Notes under the pieces: model-generated | Databases searched by the model: none | Seen by the model: the letters and a program-made list of their open reading frames with translations, nothing else | Told to the model about the DNA's origin: nothing | Shown here: positions 24,025 through 36,200 of the stretch, piece by piece | Numbering within the stretch: position 1 is the first letter of the stretch | Layout of the letters: every line of letters starts with the position of its first letter | Translations under genes and position numbers: made by a program | Origin: Macrostomum hystrix | Taxonomy: Eukaryota; Animalia; Platyhelminthes | Assembly (NCBI GenBank): GCA_950097015.1 | Contig: CATNEN010000003.1 | Coordinates: forward strand, 496,001-560,000 | Length of the DNA stretch: 64,000 nucleotides | Reading direction: 5' to 3'

Positions 24025-27000
24025 GCTCTCTGTGTCTACCTACCTCTCCTCTCCTCTGTGTCTACCTACCTCTCCTCTCCTCTGTGTCTACTTACCTCTC
24101 CTCTCCTGTGTCTACCTACCTCTCCTCTCCTCTGTGTCTACCTACCTCTCCTCTCCTGTGTCTACCTACATCTCCTCTCCTCTGTGTCTACCTACATCTC
24201 CTCTCCTCTGTGTCTACCTACATCTCCTCTCCTCTGTGTCTACCTACCTCTCCTCTCCTGTGTCTACCTACCTCTCCTCTCCTCTGTGTCTACCTACCTC
24301 TCCTCTCCTGTGTCTACCTACCTCTCCTGTCATCTGTGTATACCTACCTCTCCTGTCCTCTGTGTCTACCTACCTCTCCTCTCCTGTGTCTACCAACATC
24401 TCCTCTCCTCTGTGTCTACCTACATCTCCTCTCCTCTGTGTCTACCTACCTCTCCTGTCATCTGTGTATACCTACCTCTCCTGTCCTCTGTGTCTACCTA
24501 CCTCTCCTCTCCTGTGTCTACCAACATCTCCTCTCCTCTGTGTCTACCTACATCTCCTCTCCTCTGTGTCTACCTACCTCTCCTGTCATCTGTGTATACC
24601 TACCTCTCCTGTCCTCTGTGTCTACCTACCTCTCCTCTCCTCTGTGTCTACCTACCTCTCCTCTCCTCTGTGTCTACCTACCTCTCCTCTCCTCTGTGTC
24701 TACTTACCTCTCCTCTCCTGTGTCTACCTACCTCTCCTCTCCTCTGTGTCTACCTACCTCTCCTCTCCTGTGTCTACCTACATCTCCTCTCCTCTGTGTC
24801 TACCTACATCTCCTCTCCTCTGTGTCTACCTACATCTCCTCTCCTCTGTGTCTACCTACCTCTCCTCTCCTGTGTCTACCTACCTCTCCTCTCCTCTGTG
24901 TCTACCTACCTCTCCTCTCCTGTGTCTACCTACCTCTCCTCTCCTCTGTGTCTACCTACCTCTCCTGTCATCTGTGTCTACCTACCTCTCCTGTCCTCTG
25001 TGTCTACCTACCTCTCCTCTCCTCTGTGTCTACCTACCTCTCCTGTCATCTGTGTATACCTACCTCTCCTGTCCTCTGTGTCTACCTACCTCTCCTCTCC
25101 TGTGTCTACCAACATCTCCTCTCCTCTGTGTCTACCTACATCTCCTCTCCTCTGTGTCTACCTACCTCTCCTGTCATCTGTGTATACCTACCTCTCCTGT
25201 CCTCTGTGTCTACCTACCTCTCCTCTCCTGTGTCTACCAACATCTCCTCTCCTCTGTGTCTACCTACCTCTCCTCTCCTCTGTGTCTACCTACCTCTCCT
25301 CTCCTCTGTGTCTACTTACCTCTCCTCTCCTGTGTCTACCTACCTCTCCTCTCCTCTGTGTCTACCTACCTCTCCTCTCCTGTGTCTACCTACATCTCCT
25401 CTCCTCTGTGTCTACCTACATCTCCTCTCCTCTGTGTCTACCTACATCTCCTCTCCTCTGTGTCTACCTACCTCTCCTCTCCTGTGTCTACCTACCTCTC
25501 CTCTCCTCTGTGTCTACCTACCTCTCCTCTCCTGTGTCTACCTACCTCTCCTCTCCTCTGTGTCTACCTACCTCTCCTGTCATCTGTGTATACCTACCTC
25601 TCCTGTCATCTGTGTCTACCTACCTCTCCTGTCCTCTGTGTCTACCTACCTCTCCTCTCCTCTGTGTCTACCTACCTCTCCTGTCATCTGTGTATACCTA
25701 CCTCTCCTGTCCTCTGTGTCTACCTACCTCTCCTCTCCTGTGTCTACCAACATCTCCTCTCCTCTGTGTCTACCTACATCTCCTCTCCTCTGTGTCTACC
25801 TACCTCTCCTGTCATCTGTGTATACCTACCTCTCCTGTCCTCTGTGTCTACCTACCTCTCCTCTCCTGTGTCTACCAACATCTCCTCTCCTCTGTGTCTA
25901 CCTACATCTCCTCTCCTCTGTGTCTACCTACCTCTCCTGTCCTCTGTGTCTACCTACCTCTCCTGTCATCTGTGTATACCTACCTCTCCTGTCCTCTGTG
26001 TCTACCTACCTCTCCTCTCCTGTGTCTACCAACATCTCCTCTCCTCTGTGTCTACCTACATCTCCTCTCCTCTGTGTCTACCTACATCTCCTCTCCTCTG
26101 TGTCTACCTACCTCTCCTCTCCTCTGTGTCTACCTACCTCTCCTGTCATCTGTGTATACCTACCTCTCCTGTCCTCTGTGTCTACCTACATCTCCTCTCC
26201 TCTGTGTCTACCTACCTCTCCTGTCCTCTGTGTCTACCTACCTCTCCTCTCCTCTGTGTCTACCTACCTCTCCTGTCATCTGTGTCTACCTACATCTCCT
26301 CTCCTGTGTCTACCTACCTCTCCTGTCATCTGTGTATACCTACCTCTCCTGTCCTCTGTGTCTACCTACCTCTCCTCTCCTCTGTGTCTACCTACTTCTC
26401 CTCTCCTGTGTCTACCTACCTCTCCTCTCCTGTGTGTCTACCTACCTCTTCTCTCCTCTGTGTCTACCTACATCTCCTCTCCTCTGTGTCTAACTACATC
26501 TCCTCTCCTGTGTCTACCTACATCTCCTCTCCTCTGTGTCTACCTACATCTCCTCTCCTCTGTGTCTACCTACATCTCCTCTCCTGTGTCTACCTACCTC
26601 TCCTCTCCTGTGTCTACCTACCTCTTCTCTCCTCTGTGTCTACCTACCTCTCCTCTCCTGTGTCTACCTACCTCTTCTCTCCTCTGTGTCTACCTACCTC
26701 TCCTCTCCTCTGTGTCTACCTACATCTCCTCTCCTCTGTGTCTACCTACATCTCCTCTCCTCTGTGTCTACCTACCTCTCCTCTCCTGTGTCTACCTACC
26801 TCTTCTCTCCTCTGTGTCTACCTACATCTCCTCTCCTCTGTGTCTACCTACATCTCCTCTCCTCTGTGTCTACCTACATCTCCTCTCCTGTGTCTACCTA
26901 CCTCTCCTCTCCTGTGTCTACCTACCTCTTCTCTCCTCTGTGTCTACCTACATCTCCTCTCCTCTGTGTCTACCTACCTCTCCTCTCCTGTGTCTACCTA

Positions 27001-27100
27001 CCTCTTCTCTCCTCTGTGTCTACCTACCTCTCCTCTCCTCTGTGTCTACCTACCTCTCCTGTCATCTGTGTCTACCTACCTCTCCTCTCCTCTGTGTATA
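24025..27100. repeat. Pyrimidine-rich 24/26-bp satellite (~3.1 kb) with a 612-bp higher-order period
   Basis: Unit CTGTGTCTACCTACCTCTCCTCTC(CT). It is stop-free in all three + frames, which produces spurious ORFs of ~850-1100 aa. Confidence 0.97.
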
Positions 27101-28631
27101 CCCCTCTCCCCCAGCCTTATCTACCTCTCTGCCCCATCCTTATCTACCCTCTCCCCCCAGCCTTATCAACCTCTGCCCCCCATCCTTATCTACCTCTCTC
27201 CTTTCTCTCGCACCCGTGTCCAGCACACCAGCATGCGAACCCAATTAACCTGCGTCTGTGGGGCCAGTAAAAAGTTTTGCAAGCTAGAGTTTACAGTAAG
27301 AAGGTACCAGGCAGGCTGATGCGTGTTGTTTTTTATAATTTTCTGCCAGACACTCTTACACAGGTACTGAGGCCTGAATCATTCTGGTTCCAGTATATGA
27401 GTCTGATTATTATTATTAGGAACAGCGCAGTGTGAAGTCAGTGCTAAAATTATATCATCAGATTTGCTAGAAAGGACTGAGAAAGGCTTCTTTAGGTTTC
27501 GCGCACTTCTACTTAAGAATCGTACTGCATGCATTATTTATTGTTTAAACGCGCCCATTCCTGCATTGTATTTGTGAGGCTGAGTACAGTTTGTCATACT
27601 CTGTTTATGAGTGTGCATTCCTGCCCCGAGCATTTTCAGGCTTCGTTTGAGTGGTGTACATTGCTCTATTGTGTCTCACAATGTCTCACAAACACACAGC
27701 AGTAAGTCTTTCTACATAGCCCGGTAGCATTTATTCACAATGTCCGGGCAGCACTCTCTGCTGCGCCCAGTTACTAAACTGAGCATGAATATCACTTCAT
27801 TTACTGGCTGGCAGACAGGAAATCGTATTTGAGCTCAATATTTGGAACTCTTTATTGAGACTCTCAGTCGGAAGTTCCTTAATCTCTGAGCTGTGTTGTA
27901 TCTGAAAAAAAAGTTGAGCAACCGTTTAATACGTTTTGCACCACAGGTAGGATGATAAATTTGTGTGCTTGCACGTGTCTTAAATAACTAGTAATCTCGT
28001 ATTTAAAGAAAATAAACTCATGCAAAAATACCCATGTAGGCTGGATTATACGGGTTAAGGCATTCTGCTACTTTTGGACTTCCCAATCCCATGCGTCCAA
28101 ATGACGCCTGTTCGAATGGACGAACAGAAATTATGGATAGAAAACTGCGGCCCTCTACAAAAACTTCACACTTCCGGTAGACAAAATTTTAAATATTTAT
28201 AGAAACTATTGTGGCAATGGGCTATGCTTTTTTTAATCTTTGTCATACCGTTGGGGTGGAGGTTTGAACATAAGGGCGAGATTTTTAGGCACCTCTCTGG
28301 CAGCAACCAAGCTCACCCACCTGCTTCCTCTGCTAACCGTTTTTCCTGGGCCTGCTGGCTGTCTATACACACACAACTCGCGACAATTGAAGTTCACTTG
28401 GGTTGGGGTGTCTATAGAGTTGGTTGTTATGCGTGCCTGTTTCAGTGTGTCAATTAGACCATTGCACTGTACGCGAGTTAGGCCCGGCACTGTTCTAAAA
28501 CACGGTACCAAAGGCTTTTCACGCAGACAGCACAATGACTATCTCCGCTTGGTAACAACTAAAAAAGTAAAGTTCTCTTTTAGATTTCTCGCATTGACCT
28601 CCCCCCGGCCTTCTCGCCTAGAGGCTGCTGC

Positions 28632-28764
28632 TGATTGGCCGGGTGAGGCGCGGCACACCCAATCTCCGCCTCCGCCCAGCCTGCCTAACTGCCCCTTCCT
28701 CCAGTTTTTCATTTCGAAATTCTTCTTGGCTGCAGGGGAGGCCAGCCGGGCCTGTGGTATAAAA
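28632..28764 (+). promoter_or_regulatory. Putative core promoter of the ETS-like gene
   Basis: GATTGG (~28632), CCAAT (~28660), CCGCCC GC box and TATAAAA (28758-28764), about 180 bp upstream of ATG 28943. Confidence 0.45.
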
Positions 28765-28942
28765 TAATCAGTTCTTTATCGTTAGCCAGGAAAGGAGAAC
28801 CACTAGCAGCGAGAGACAGGAGAGAGAAAGCCAATCTAATTTCGGTGGCCCGGCAGCGTCAGTTCCAAATAAAGATTTGTATTTTTCTCTTCTAACTGAA
28901 GGTTGCGAAATTCGAAAACAGCAACACAGCCAAGCAGTGCAA

Positions 28943-31127
28943 ATGGGCAAGTGGCGTCACCTCAACTCATCACCTCAGGCGGCTGTGTCGGTCCAGACAA
29001 CTGCACAATGTCTTGGTCAAGAGGCTCAACTGCCGCCGCCGCCGCCGCTGCTTCCAAGGCCGGGGCTCCAGATGCAGCCGTTACTCAGCTTCAGCTTGTG
29101 CGGACTGCTCGACATTCCAACCGACGAGCCGTTGGACTATTCCATGAAGTCGCTGCAGTCGATGCCATCGCCGCCGCCGCCCTCCTCGATGTCCGCCTCA
29201 CCCTTGTCTAATGGCGGCAGTGGCGGCAGCTTCGGCTCCGTCATGTACGCTGCTGTGGACGAATCTGCAGCCAATCCGCGGGGTGACGAAGTCTTACACC
29301 GGCTGAGGCACGCCCTGCTTCATAAGGACCAAAGGGACCAGCCGAGCGCTTTCAGGCCTCTGTCACGACTGCCTCGCAGTGAATCCAGGGCTCTGCTGTT
29401 TGAGGCGGCGATGCCTCTGGTGAGTGCCGCAATATTGTCCAGAGCTCTATTTCTACTTCTCTATTTCTCATGCTCCGAGTTTCCAAAGTAAAAGGGGGGT
29501 GAGTGGCAGAGCGGTTTACGCGTCCCTGAGCTCGATTTCGCAGCGAGGCCACCAGGTCAGGGCAGATGTACACACCTGTGTGCGTGTGTGTTCGGGAGTC
29601 ACCGGGAAGATTAGTCAGTCTACTGTCACCAAATGGTGTGCCATTGCCTGCAGCCCGCAATTATTATTAATATCCCGAAGATGTGATCATCTTAATTGTA
29701 ATCACAACTCAGGAGTCCAAACCAGTGTCTTCAATGTCGACAGCGACCAAGATTCGACACCCAGCAGCATCAACAACCAGCGTGGATCCTGAAGCCGAAT
29801 CCAAGGCCGCGTACGCTGCCGAGTGCATCAAGACGCGGTTAGGTGAGCTTTTTATCTGCATGTTCCGTGGGAAAACTGAGGTGGTTGATGCAAGGGAATA
29901 AGGTGATCTAACATGCTGAGTTTATCCCGTTTCCTTCAGACGGCTGTGGAAAGCGAGTACACTTATTTCTGGGCATCCTGCTGCACTTTGGCATGCCACC
30001 TGGCCCAAAGGGTGAGCAAATGTTCAACCGAGTGATCTGCTTCAGCGACGAGCATAAGAATCCAAGCAATGAGCCCACACCATATTTTCTGGTGCTGGAC
30101 TCCAAACTGCTGGCACTAATCTGGAGCAAATTCAAGGGCAACTCTAGCAATGAATACAGCACACTCACCAGAGCTATCAGGTAAGTTTACAAAATTCTGC
30201 ACACTTTCATTAACAGTAGGACTACCAAGCCATTTTGTCATTTTGCCGCCCTTTTTTATACCAAGGGGGATGGGGAATATCCTCCCATGTAAACAGCGTT
30301 GGGTGGCCACTGATTGGTTGGCAGACTAGGCTATGGTACACTGTGGTTGAGCTGCGCCAAATATTTTGGCATGAGCAGTGAAATGGGAGAAATTCGAGCC
30401 AGGGTGTCCATAGTGGCCTATTTCCACCTGTTGTAGCCATTGAAGGTCCAGCAAATCCATCTAGATAAAGGTAAGTGACCACCAAAGACGGAGATGATGC
30501 AGGCACATTCGGGTGACATGCTGCTAAATTTTGAAGGCCTGGCAAGGCCGCACTGAGGCGCAGTGCTGATTTGTGTATAGGGGTGTGTGAAATACACCTG
30601 CGCTTACTGGGAAAAATCATTCCTATGGCTAGAAACATTGAACATCTCGACGGTCTGAAGAGCTGCATGGCGACTTTATTATATTTTCAGAAGATGCGCA
30701 ACAAAAAGTTGGCCCGTGTTCTTCAGTTTCATGTGCTTGCGTTGCTCCGTTCGGGTGCAGCACAAAAAATTGTCAGGGAAATTCCCCCCTGGTAGTTCTA
30801 CTGTTAAAGAGCTCAACTAAAGAGAGCAGGCTTGTAGCCCGGTTGTTAGAGCTTGGGACCACTGACTGACACGTCAAGAGTTTGAATCTCAGCTCAAGGG
30901 AAACAATTAGTGTTGCTGAGCAAGGCCAGTTTAGTTAATAAATCAGAATGATGCCATATAAGAACTCGATACTGGAACATTGCAGAAGTACGCGCCAGAA
31001 GTATGACGGCATATTTGAGTCGGTCAAGAACCCCGGCAAGAAGCTGTACAAATTCGGTGCAGTCGCGTTGCAGCAATTCCGCAACCTGTTCCCGGGCAGT
31101 TACACCTCCGCTGGAGCAGCACTGTGA
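28943..31127 (+). CDS. Divergent ETS-domain transcription factor; exons 28943-29419, 29713-29842, 29940-30180, 30986-31127
   Basis: The spliced C-terminus RVHLFLGILL...RVICFSDE...YFLVLDSKLLALIWSKFKGNSSNEYSTLTRAIR|STRQKYDGIFESVKNPGKKLYKFG aligns by eye to the ETS winged-helix pattern (LWQFLLELL..I.W...F...D...A..WG..K....M.Y..LSRALRYYY..GI..KV.G...YKF). The N-terminus is Pro/Ser-rich with PLDYS. All introns are GT-AG and in phase. Confidence 0.75.
29560..29668 (+). mobile_element. SINE family B 3' part (ETS intron 1)
   Basis: GGGCAGATGTACAC..TGTGCGTGTGTGTTCGGGAGTCA..GTCACCAAATGGTGTG..ATTGCC..GCAATTATTATTA matches the reverse complement of 2196-2355. Confidence 0.65.
30214..30803. mobile_element. 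Non-autonomous TIR element (590 bp) inserted at TTAA, copy 1 (ETS intron 3)
   Basis: TIR CAGTAGGACTACCA / TGGTAGTTCTACTG with TTAA on both flanks. Collinear with 62918-63509. Confidence 0.88.
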
Positions 31128-31212
31128 GCACCAAGGTGCAACTTATTCAGCAACTGACTCAAATTTTACTCGTAGTTTAATTGAATAAGTGAATATGTGG
31201 CTGCCCCGTTAA

Positions 31213-31355
31213 CCCGTTGGCTGAATACAGGTGTACCAGCCATATAGCTTCCATATATGGCTTCCATATGTGATAAGTTTCGTATCAAATTCAAATCGGA
31301 ACACAATAAAATCAAAACAAATTAATGTAAGTCACACATTACTCCAGCCAACAGG
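31213..31355. mobile_element. Possible small piggyBac-like MITE remnant
   Basis: TTAA|CCCGTTGGCTG ... CAGCCAACAGG. The right-hand TTAA is degenerate. Confidence 0.3.
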
Positions 31356-32015
31356 AATTACCTGACTGATCCTTTGTCTCAGACATCCAACTCATACCTC
31401 GCCAAATTGACGACCTCCAAATTCACTTGTTATCAAGCACAAATATTCATTCCATTGCTTTTTTGAGTTCCATTTATAATGAACAAATGATCCATTTTTC
31501 GACAATGCTGTGCTGCTCATTGTTATCGAGTGAGTTATGTCTGCCAGACTATTTAATTCGGCTAATCAGTAAATTTGTAAAATTCAATTTTCTTTCAAAT
31601 GAAAAACTGCTCATTCTCACTGACTGCTCATGACTCAGCGTAATGAAACCTGATGGAAGATTTCGTGCTCAAACCGCCTCGTTAAACAGTACATAATAGA
31701 TGTTTGATATTTCGCTTTAATTTTATTACGATAAATGTTTGCCACGATAAACTGCCGAGTGCATGACCGAAATTATTGAATATTCTATGCAGAGTGCCCC
31801 AATACGTGGATTCTATTGCTTCAGACTCAATGTTGCATATTATATTTTAAATTGAGATTTGGTTCTGTGACCGAAGTAACGAATTATTATGAATTAATTT
31901 CTATACACTTTTAATGTGCCAACTAAAAACTTTTAAAAGAGCAAAGTCTCTTTGTACCTTAAAAATTGTCCTAAAAGAAGCGTTACTTATTTCGCATTAT
32001 GCCGATTGGTACGAT

Positions 32016-32504
32016 TGAAGGGAGAGGCCATTGTGGCGGATAGTTGTAAATGAAGGGAGAGGACATTGTGGCGGATAGTTGTAAATGAAGGGAGAGGACA
32101 TTGTGGCGGATAGTTGTAAATGAAAGGAGAGGGCATTGTGGCGGATAGTTGTAAATGAAGGGAGAGGGCATTGTGGCGGATAGTTGTAAATGAAGGGAGA
32201 GGGCATTGTGGCGGATAGTTGTAAATGAAAGGAGAGGGCATTGTGGCGGATAGTTGTAAATGAAGGGAGAGGACATTGTGGCGGATAGTTGTAAATGAAG
32301 GGAGAGGGCATTGTAGTGGATAGTTGTAAATGAAGGGAGAGGGCATTGTGGCGGATAGTTGTAAATGAAGGGAGAGGGCATTGTAGTGGATAGTTGTAAA
32401 TGAAGGGAGAGGCCATTGTAGTGGATAGTTGTAAATGAAGGGAGAGGACATTGTGACGGATAGTTTTAATTGAAGGGAGAGGGCATTGTGGCGGATAGTT
32501 GTAA
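32016..32504. repeat. 35-bp minisatellite (~14 copies)
   Basis: Unit TGAAGGGAGAGGGCATTGTGGCGGATAGTTGTAAA. Confidence 0.95.
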
Positions 32505-33089
32505 TTCAATGTGGGACGACATTCCAGTAAATGCGTTGGCAAGAGCAGGTTAAGCTTTTCTTCTTTCGTTGCTACATATTTCTGCTCGCCTGGACAAGTA
32601 AATAAAATGATAAAATGAAAAAGATAAGAAAGTAAAGCTGGCAGAAATATACACTAAAGCATATTTTATCATCCGCCTTCTGGCTATCGTGGATTGGCTA
32701 GCTTGCGGAGGCGAGGGTTCCTTTTAGCTGGCACGGAAAATCCGCGGTTTTTCCACCCAAACCAAACCAGTTGACACTTACAAGCCGTTGCTAATATCAG
32801 GAGAGATTTCAAACAAGTCAGCTAGCACGAGACCTCGAGGTCGTTTCCGATACGTTTTAGCCGAACGAAATCATGACAACATCCTGCGCTACAGAAAAGC
32901 TAAAGATTTTAAGTCTTACACTTTCTGCGGGCGTTAACTTTAGCTTGGTTTAGTTTATAGTGCAAAATCTCATATCAGCACTTTCCATAATCAATTGGCT
33001 AGCCTTTCTCTTTTAGAAACAGGTTCTTATTCCATTTTTATCACTTGCCTCTGCACTTTATGTTGACTATGCCTTCGTCACCATCTCCC

Positions 33090-33455
33090 GTCCTCTTCCT
33101 CTCCTCTCCTCTCCTCTACTCTCCTCTCCTCTACTCTCCTCTCCTCTTCTCTCCTCTCCTCTCCTCTCCTCTCCTCTTCTCTCCTCTCCTCTCCTCTCCT
33201 CTCCTCTCCTCTCCTCTCCTCTCCTCTCCTCTCCTCTCCTCTCCTCTCCTCTCCTCTCCTCTCCTCTCCTCTCCTCTCCTCTCCTCTCCTCTCCTCTCCT
33301 CTCCTCTCCTCTCCTCTCCTCTCCTCTCCTCTCCTCTCCTCTCCTCTCCTCTCCTCTCTTCTCCTCTCCTCTCCTCTCCTCTCCTCTCCTCTCCTCTCCT
33401 CTCCTCTCCTCTCCTCTCCTCTCCTCTCCTCTCCTCTCCTCTCCTCTCCTCTACT
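33090..33455. repeat. (CTCCT)n pentanucleotide microsatellite
   Basis: About 70 near-perfect copies forming a polypyrimidine mirror repeat. Confidence 0.97.
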
Positions 33456-34069
33456 CTCCCTTCCTATTCTCTCCCCTTCCTTTCTCTTCTTTCCTCTTTC
33501 TTTCTTTTCTCTCCTCTCCCTTCTTTTCTGTCCATCTCCTCTGCTTCCTCATACTTCTCTTTCTAAGACTCTCTATCTCAGAGTTTCTCAGACCCTGCAG
33601 TATTTCAGCAGTATTTCTACTCGAAAAATGTCATGCATAGCCGTTGGAGCGATCTCGGAAGCAATTGCAGATAAGGCAGCAATTTTGTGTACCTGATACT
33701 GCAGGTGAAGGGAACCGTCTGCTCTGCTTCTGCTTTCCTACTTGTACACCTTTTCAAACTGACACTCGCAGCTGTACAGTACAATCTGAGCGACAAAAAA
33801 GCTGCAGTCCTTATAATACAGTATAAGCTGTCAGAGAGACAGGCAAACAGACAGAAAGACAGACTCGAGAGGGGCTTGAGTGCATTGCGTGGACTTCATA
33901 AGATACTAGTATAGGCCTGGCTTTTCTTTCTTCAAGCTTCCCTTTTTCATTAGGAGGCTTTCAGGCTTTAGTGGGAGGGCTGTTGTTGTTTTGTTGTTGA
34001 GTGTTTCAACTTCACTTTGTAAGAGATATTTTTTGATAGAATCTGCAGCAGCTGCAGCCGCATTTTTAT

Positions 34070-34290
34070 GTGACTAGACAGCGAGGAGGCCATTCCGCTG
34101 ACACATTCCGCCGACCTGAGCACACACACATGTACAGGTACAGGTACACTGATACTGTACGGTGGCATACACAAGTATGTACATTTGCCCCGACTTTCTC
34201 ATCGTCTGGCAGTGTACACTCTCATAGTGCCTTGGACGTTGGCCCTCAAGGCGCAAATTGCACGACAAGCCGCCAAGCCTTCTCTTATTA
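34070..34290 (-). mobile_element. SINE family B internal fragment
   Basis: GAGGAGGC..CCTGAGCACACAC..GTACA..GCCC.ACTTTCTCAT..CAGTGTACACT..GCCCTCAAGG.G.AAATTGCA.GACAAGCC matches 2260-2430. Confidence 0.65.
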
Positions 34291-34394
34291 ATCAAGGGCT
34301 AAACTATGATTAAATTAGAAAAGGGTCTTCTACTAAAGAAATAAAGTAAATGAAGCCAGTGACCAAATATATGGAAAAGTTCAAGAAATACGAG

Positions 34395-34960
34395 GGTATA
34401 GGGATCTGCCAAAGTAACCCTGCACTATGAGGGTGGGGATCTGCCAAAGTAACCCTGCACTATGAGGTTAGGGATCTGCCAAAGTAACCCTGCACTATGA
34501 GGGTAGGGATCTGCCAAAGTAACCCTGCACTATGAGGGTAGGGATCTGCCAAAGTAACCCTGCACTATGAGGGTGGGGATCTGCCAAAGTAACCCTGCAC
34601 TATGAGGTTAGGGATCTGCCAAAGTAACCCTGCATTATGAGGGTAGGGATCTGCCAAAGTAACCCTGCTATATGAGGGTGGGGATCTGCCAAAGTAACCC
34701 TGCACTATGAGGTTAGGGATCTGCCAAAGTAACCCTGCATTATGAGGGTAGGGATCTGCCAAAGTAACCCTGCACTATGAGGGTGGGGATCTGCCAAAGT
34801 AACCCTGCACTATGAGGGTGGGGATCTGCCAAAGTAACCCTGCACTATGAGGGTGGGAATCTGCCAAAGTAACCCTGCATTATGAGGGTAGGGATCTGCC
34901 AAAGTAACCCTGCATTATGAGGGTGGGGATCTGCCAAAGGAACCCTGCATTATGAGGGTC
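34395..34960. repeat. 35-bp minisatellite (~16 copies)
   Basis: Unit GGGATCTGCCAAAGTAACCCTGCACTATGAGGGTA. Confidence 0.95.
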
Positions 34961-35819
34961 GTGGCAGAACATTAAAGTGCCAGCAACGCAGCACATAAAC
35001 GGTTAGCGGCTTCTGAAAACGTGCCGTTTAATTGGCACAAAGAATTACGATCCGGCTTTGGCACTGCGCCATTCTAAGCATCGTCCTGTCCTCGAAGACG
35101 TTTATTCGCATCCTTGCGGGTGTAAAATAAGTTTTGTTTTCCTCTTCTTTCACCGCCTCTGCAATCCTTGATGCTTCCGTAGAAGCCATAAATGAAAGGT
35201 AGCAAATTACAGCACTGAATGTGAAGGCCCCAGTGCAGTATACACGCATTGTGATGGCCTCACTCTGATTAAACTCTGTGCATTCTACCTGCCACTGTAC
35301 GAGCTAAATGCGTAGGCGTGTAATGCAGAATATCCTGCCCAGTCTTTGCACAAATCTGCACTGCCTGCCCTACTGTTCCTCTGTGTCCAATCTGGTGCTG
35401 GCTTGAGCAGTTTGAACAGTCAGGATCTGAGTAGTAAATATAACAAATATTCATGTGCGAGCACGCGGAAACCTGCATATTTTTATTGGCACAACCTGTC
35501 ATGACCAGTGATGACCATGAGTCAGCGTAATACAATGCCGTGCAGACTTTCTATATGCATACGCATATACGATATACAACAATGTACCGGTGACGCTTCT
35601 GTCACTTTAGCTAATTTCACATGTTAAATGTCAAATGTGTCACATGTCAGCTGATAAACAACGAAAATAAATAAGTCTAATTCCAACTTCATCTTGAAAC
35701 TTTGGACAGCGACCCCAGTGAGAGTAACAGAATTTGGTTTAAAATGGACATTTAGAAATAAATGCTATAGAAATAAAATTGAAAGAGATGGAAGAAAGAG
35801 AGGGGAGAGTAAGGGGAGA

Positions 35820-36200
35820 AAAAGAGGGGAGAGACGGGAGAAAGAGAATGGAAAGAGGGTAGAGACAGGAGAAAGAGAATGGAGAGAGGGTAGAGACAGG
35901 AGAAAGATAATGGAGAGAGGGTAGAGACAGGAGAAAGATAATGGAGAGAGGGTAGAGACAGGAGAAAGAGAATGGAGAGAGGGTAGAGACAGGAGAAAGA
36001 GAATGGAGAGAGGGTAGAGACAGGAGAAAGATAATGGAGAGAGGGTAGAGACAGGAGAAAGATAATGGAGAGAGGGGAGAGACAGGAGAAAGATAATGGA
36101 GAGAGGGGAGAGACAGGAGAAAGAGAATGGAGAGAGGGAGAGACAGGAGAAAGAGAATGGAGAGAGAGTAGAGACAGGAGAAAGAGAGAGAAGAAAGAGA
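35820..36200. repeat. Purine-rich ~31-bp minisatellite
   Basis: Unit GGAGAGAGGGTAGAGACAGGAGAAAGAGAAT. Confidence 0.9.

Noticed and set aside
23901-27319. Three overlapping ORFs of 845-1115 aa (LCLPTSPLL repeats)
   Set aside because: Translation of a stop-free pyrimidine-rich satellite. All three frames give the same peptide, so there is no evidence of coding.
30826-30930. GGTCCCAAGC on the minus strand resembling a twister ribozyme core
   Set aside because: It falls in a decayed SINE tRNA head, and the other twister elements are absent.
35028-35535. Short minus-strand ORFs (MASTEASRIAEAVKEEE...)
   Set aside because: No recognisable motif or splice structure; unsupported.
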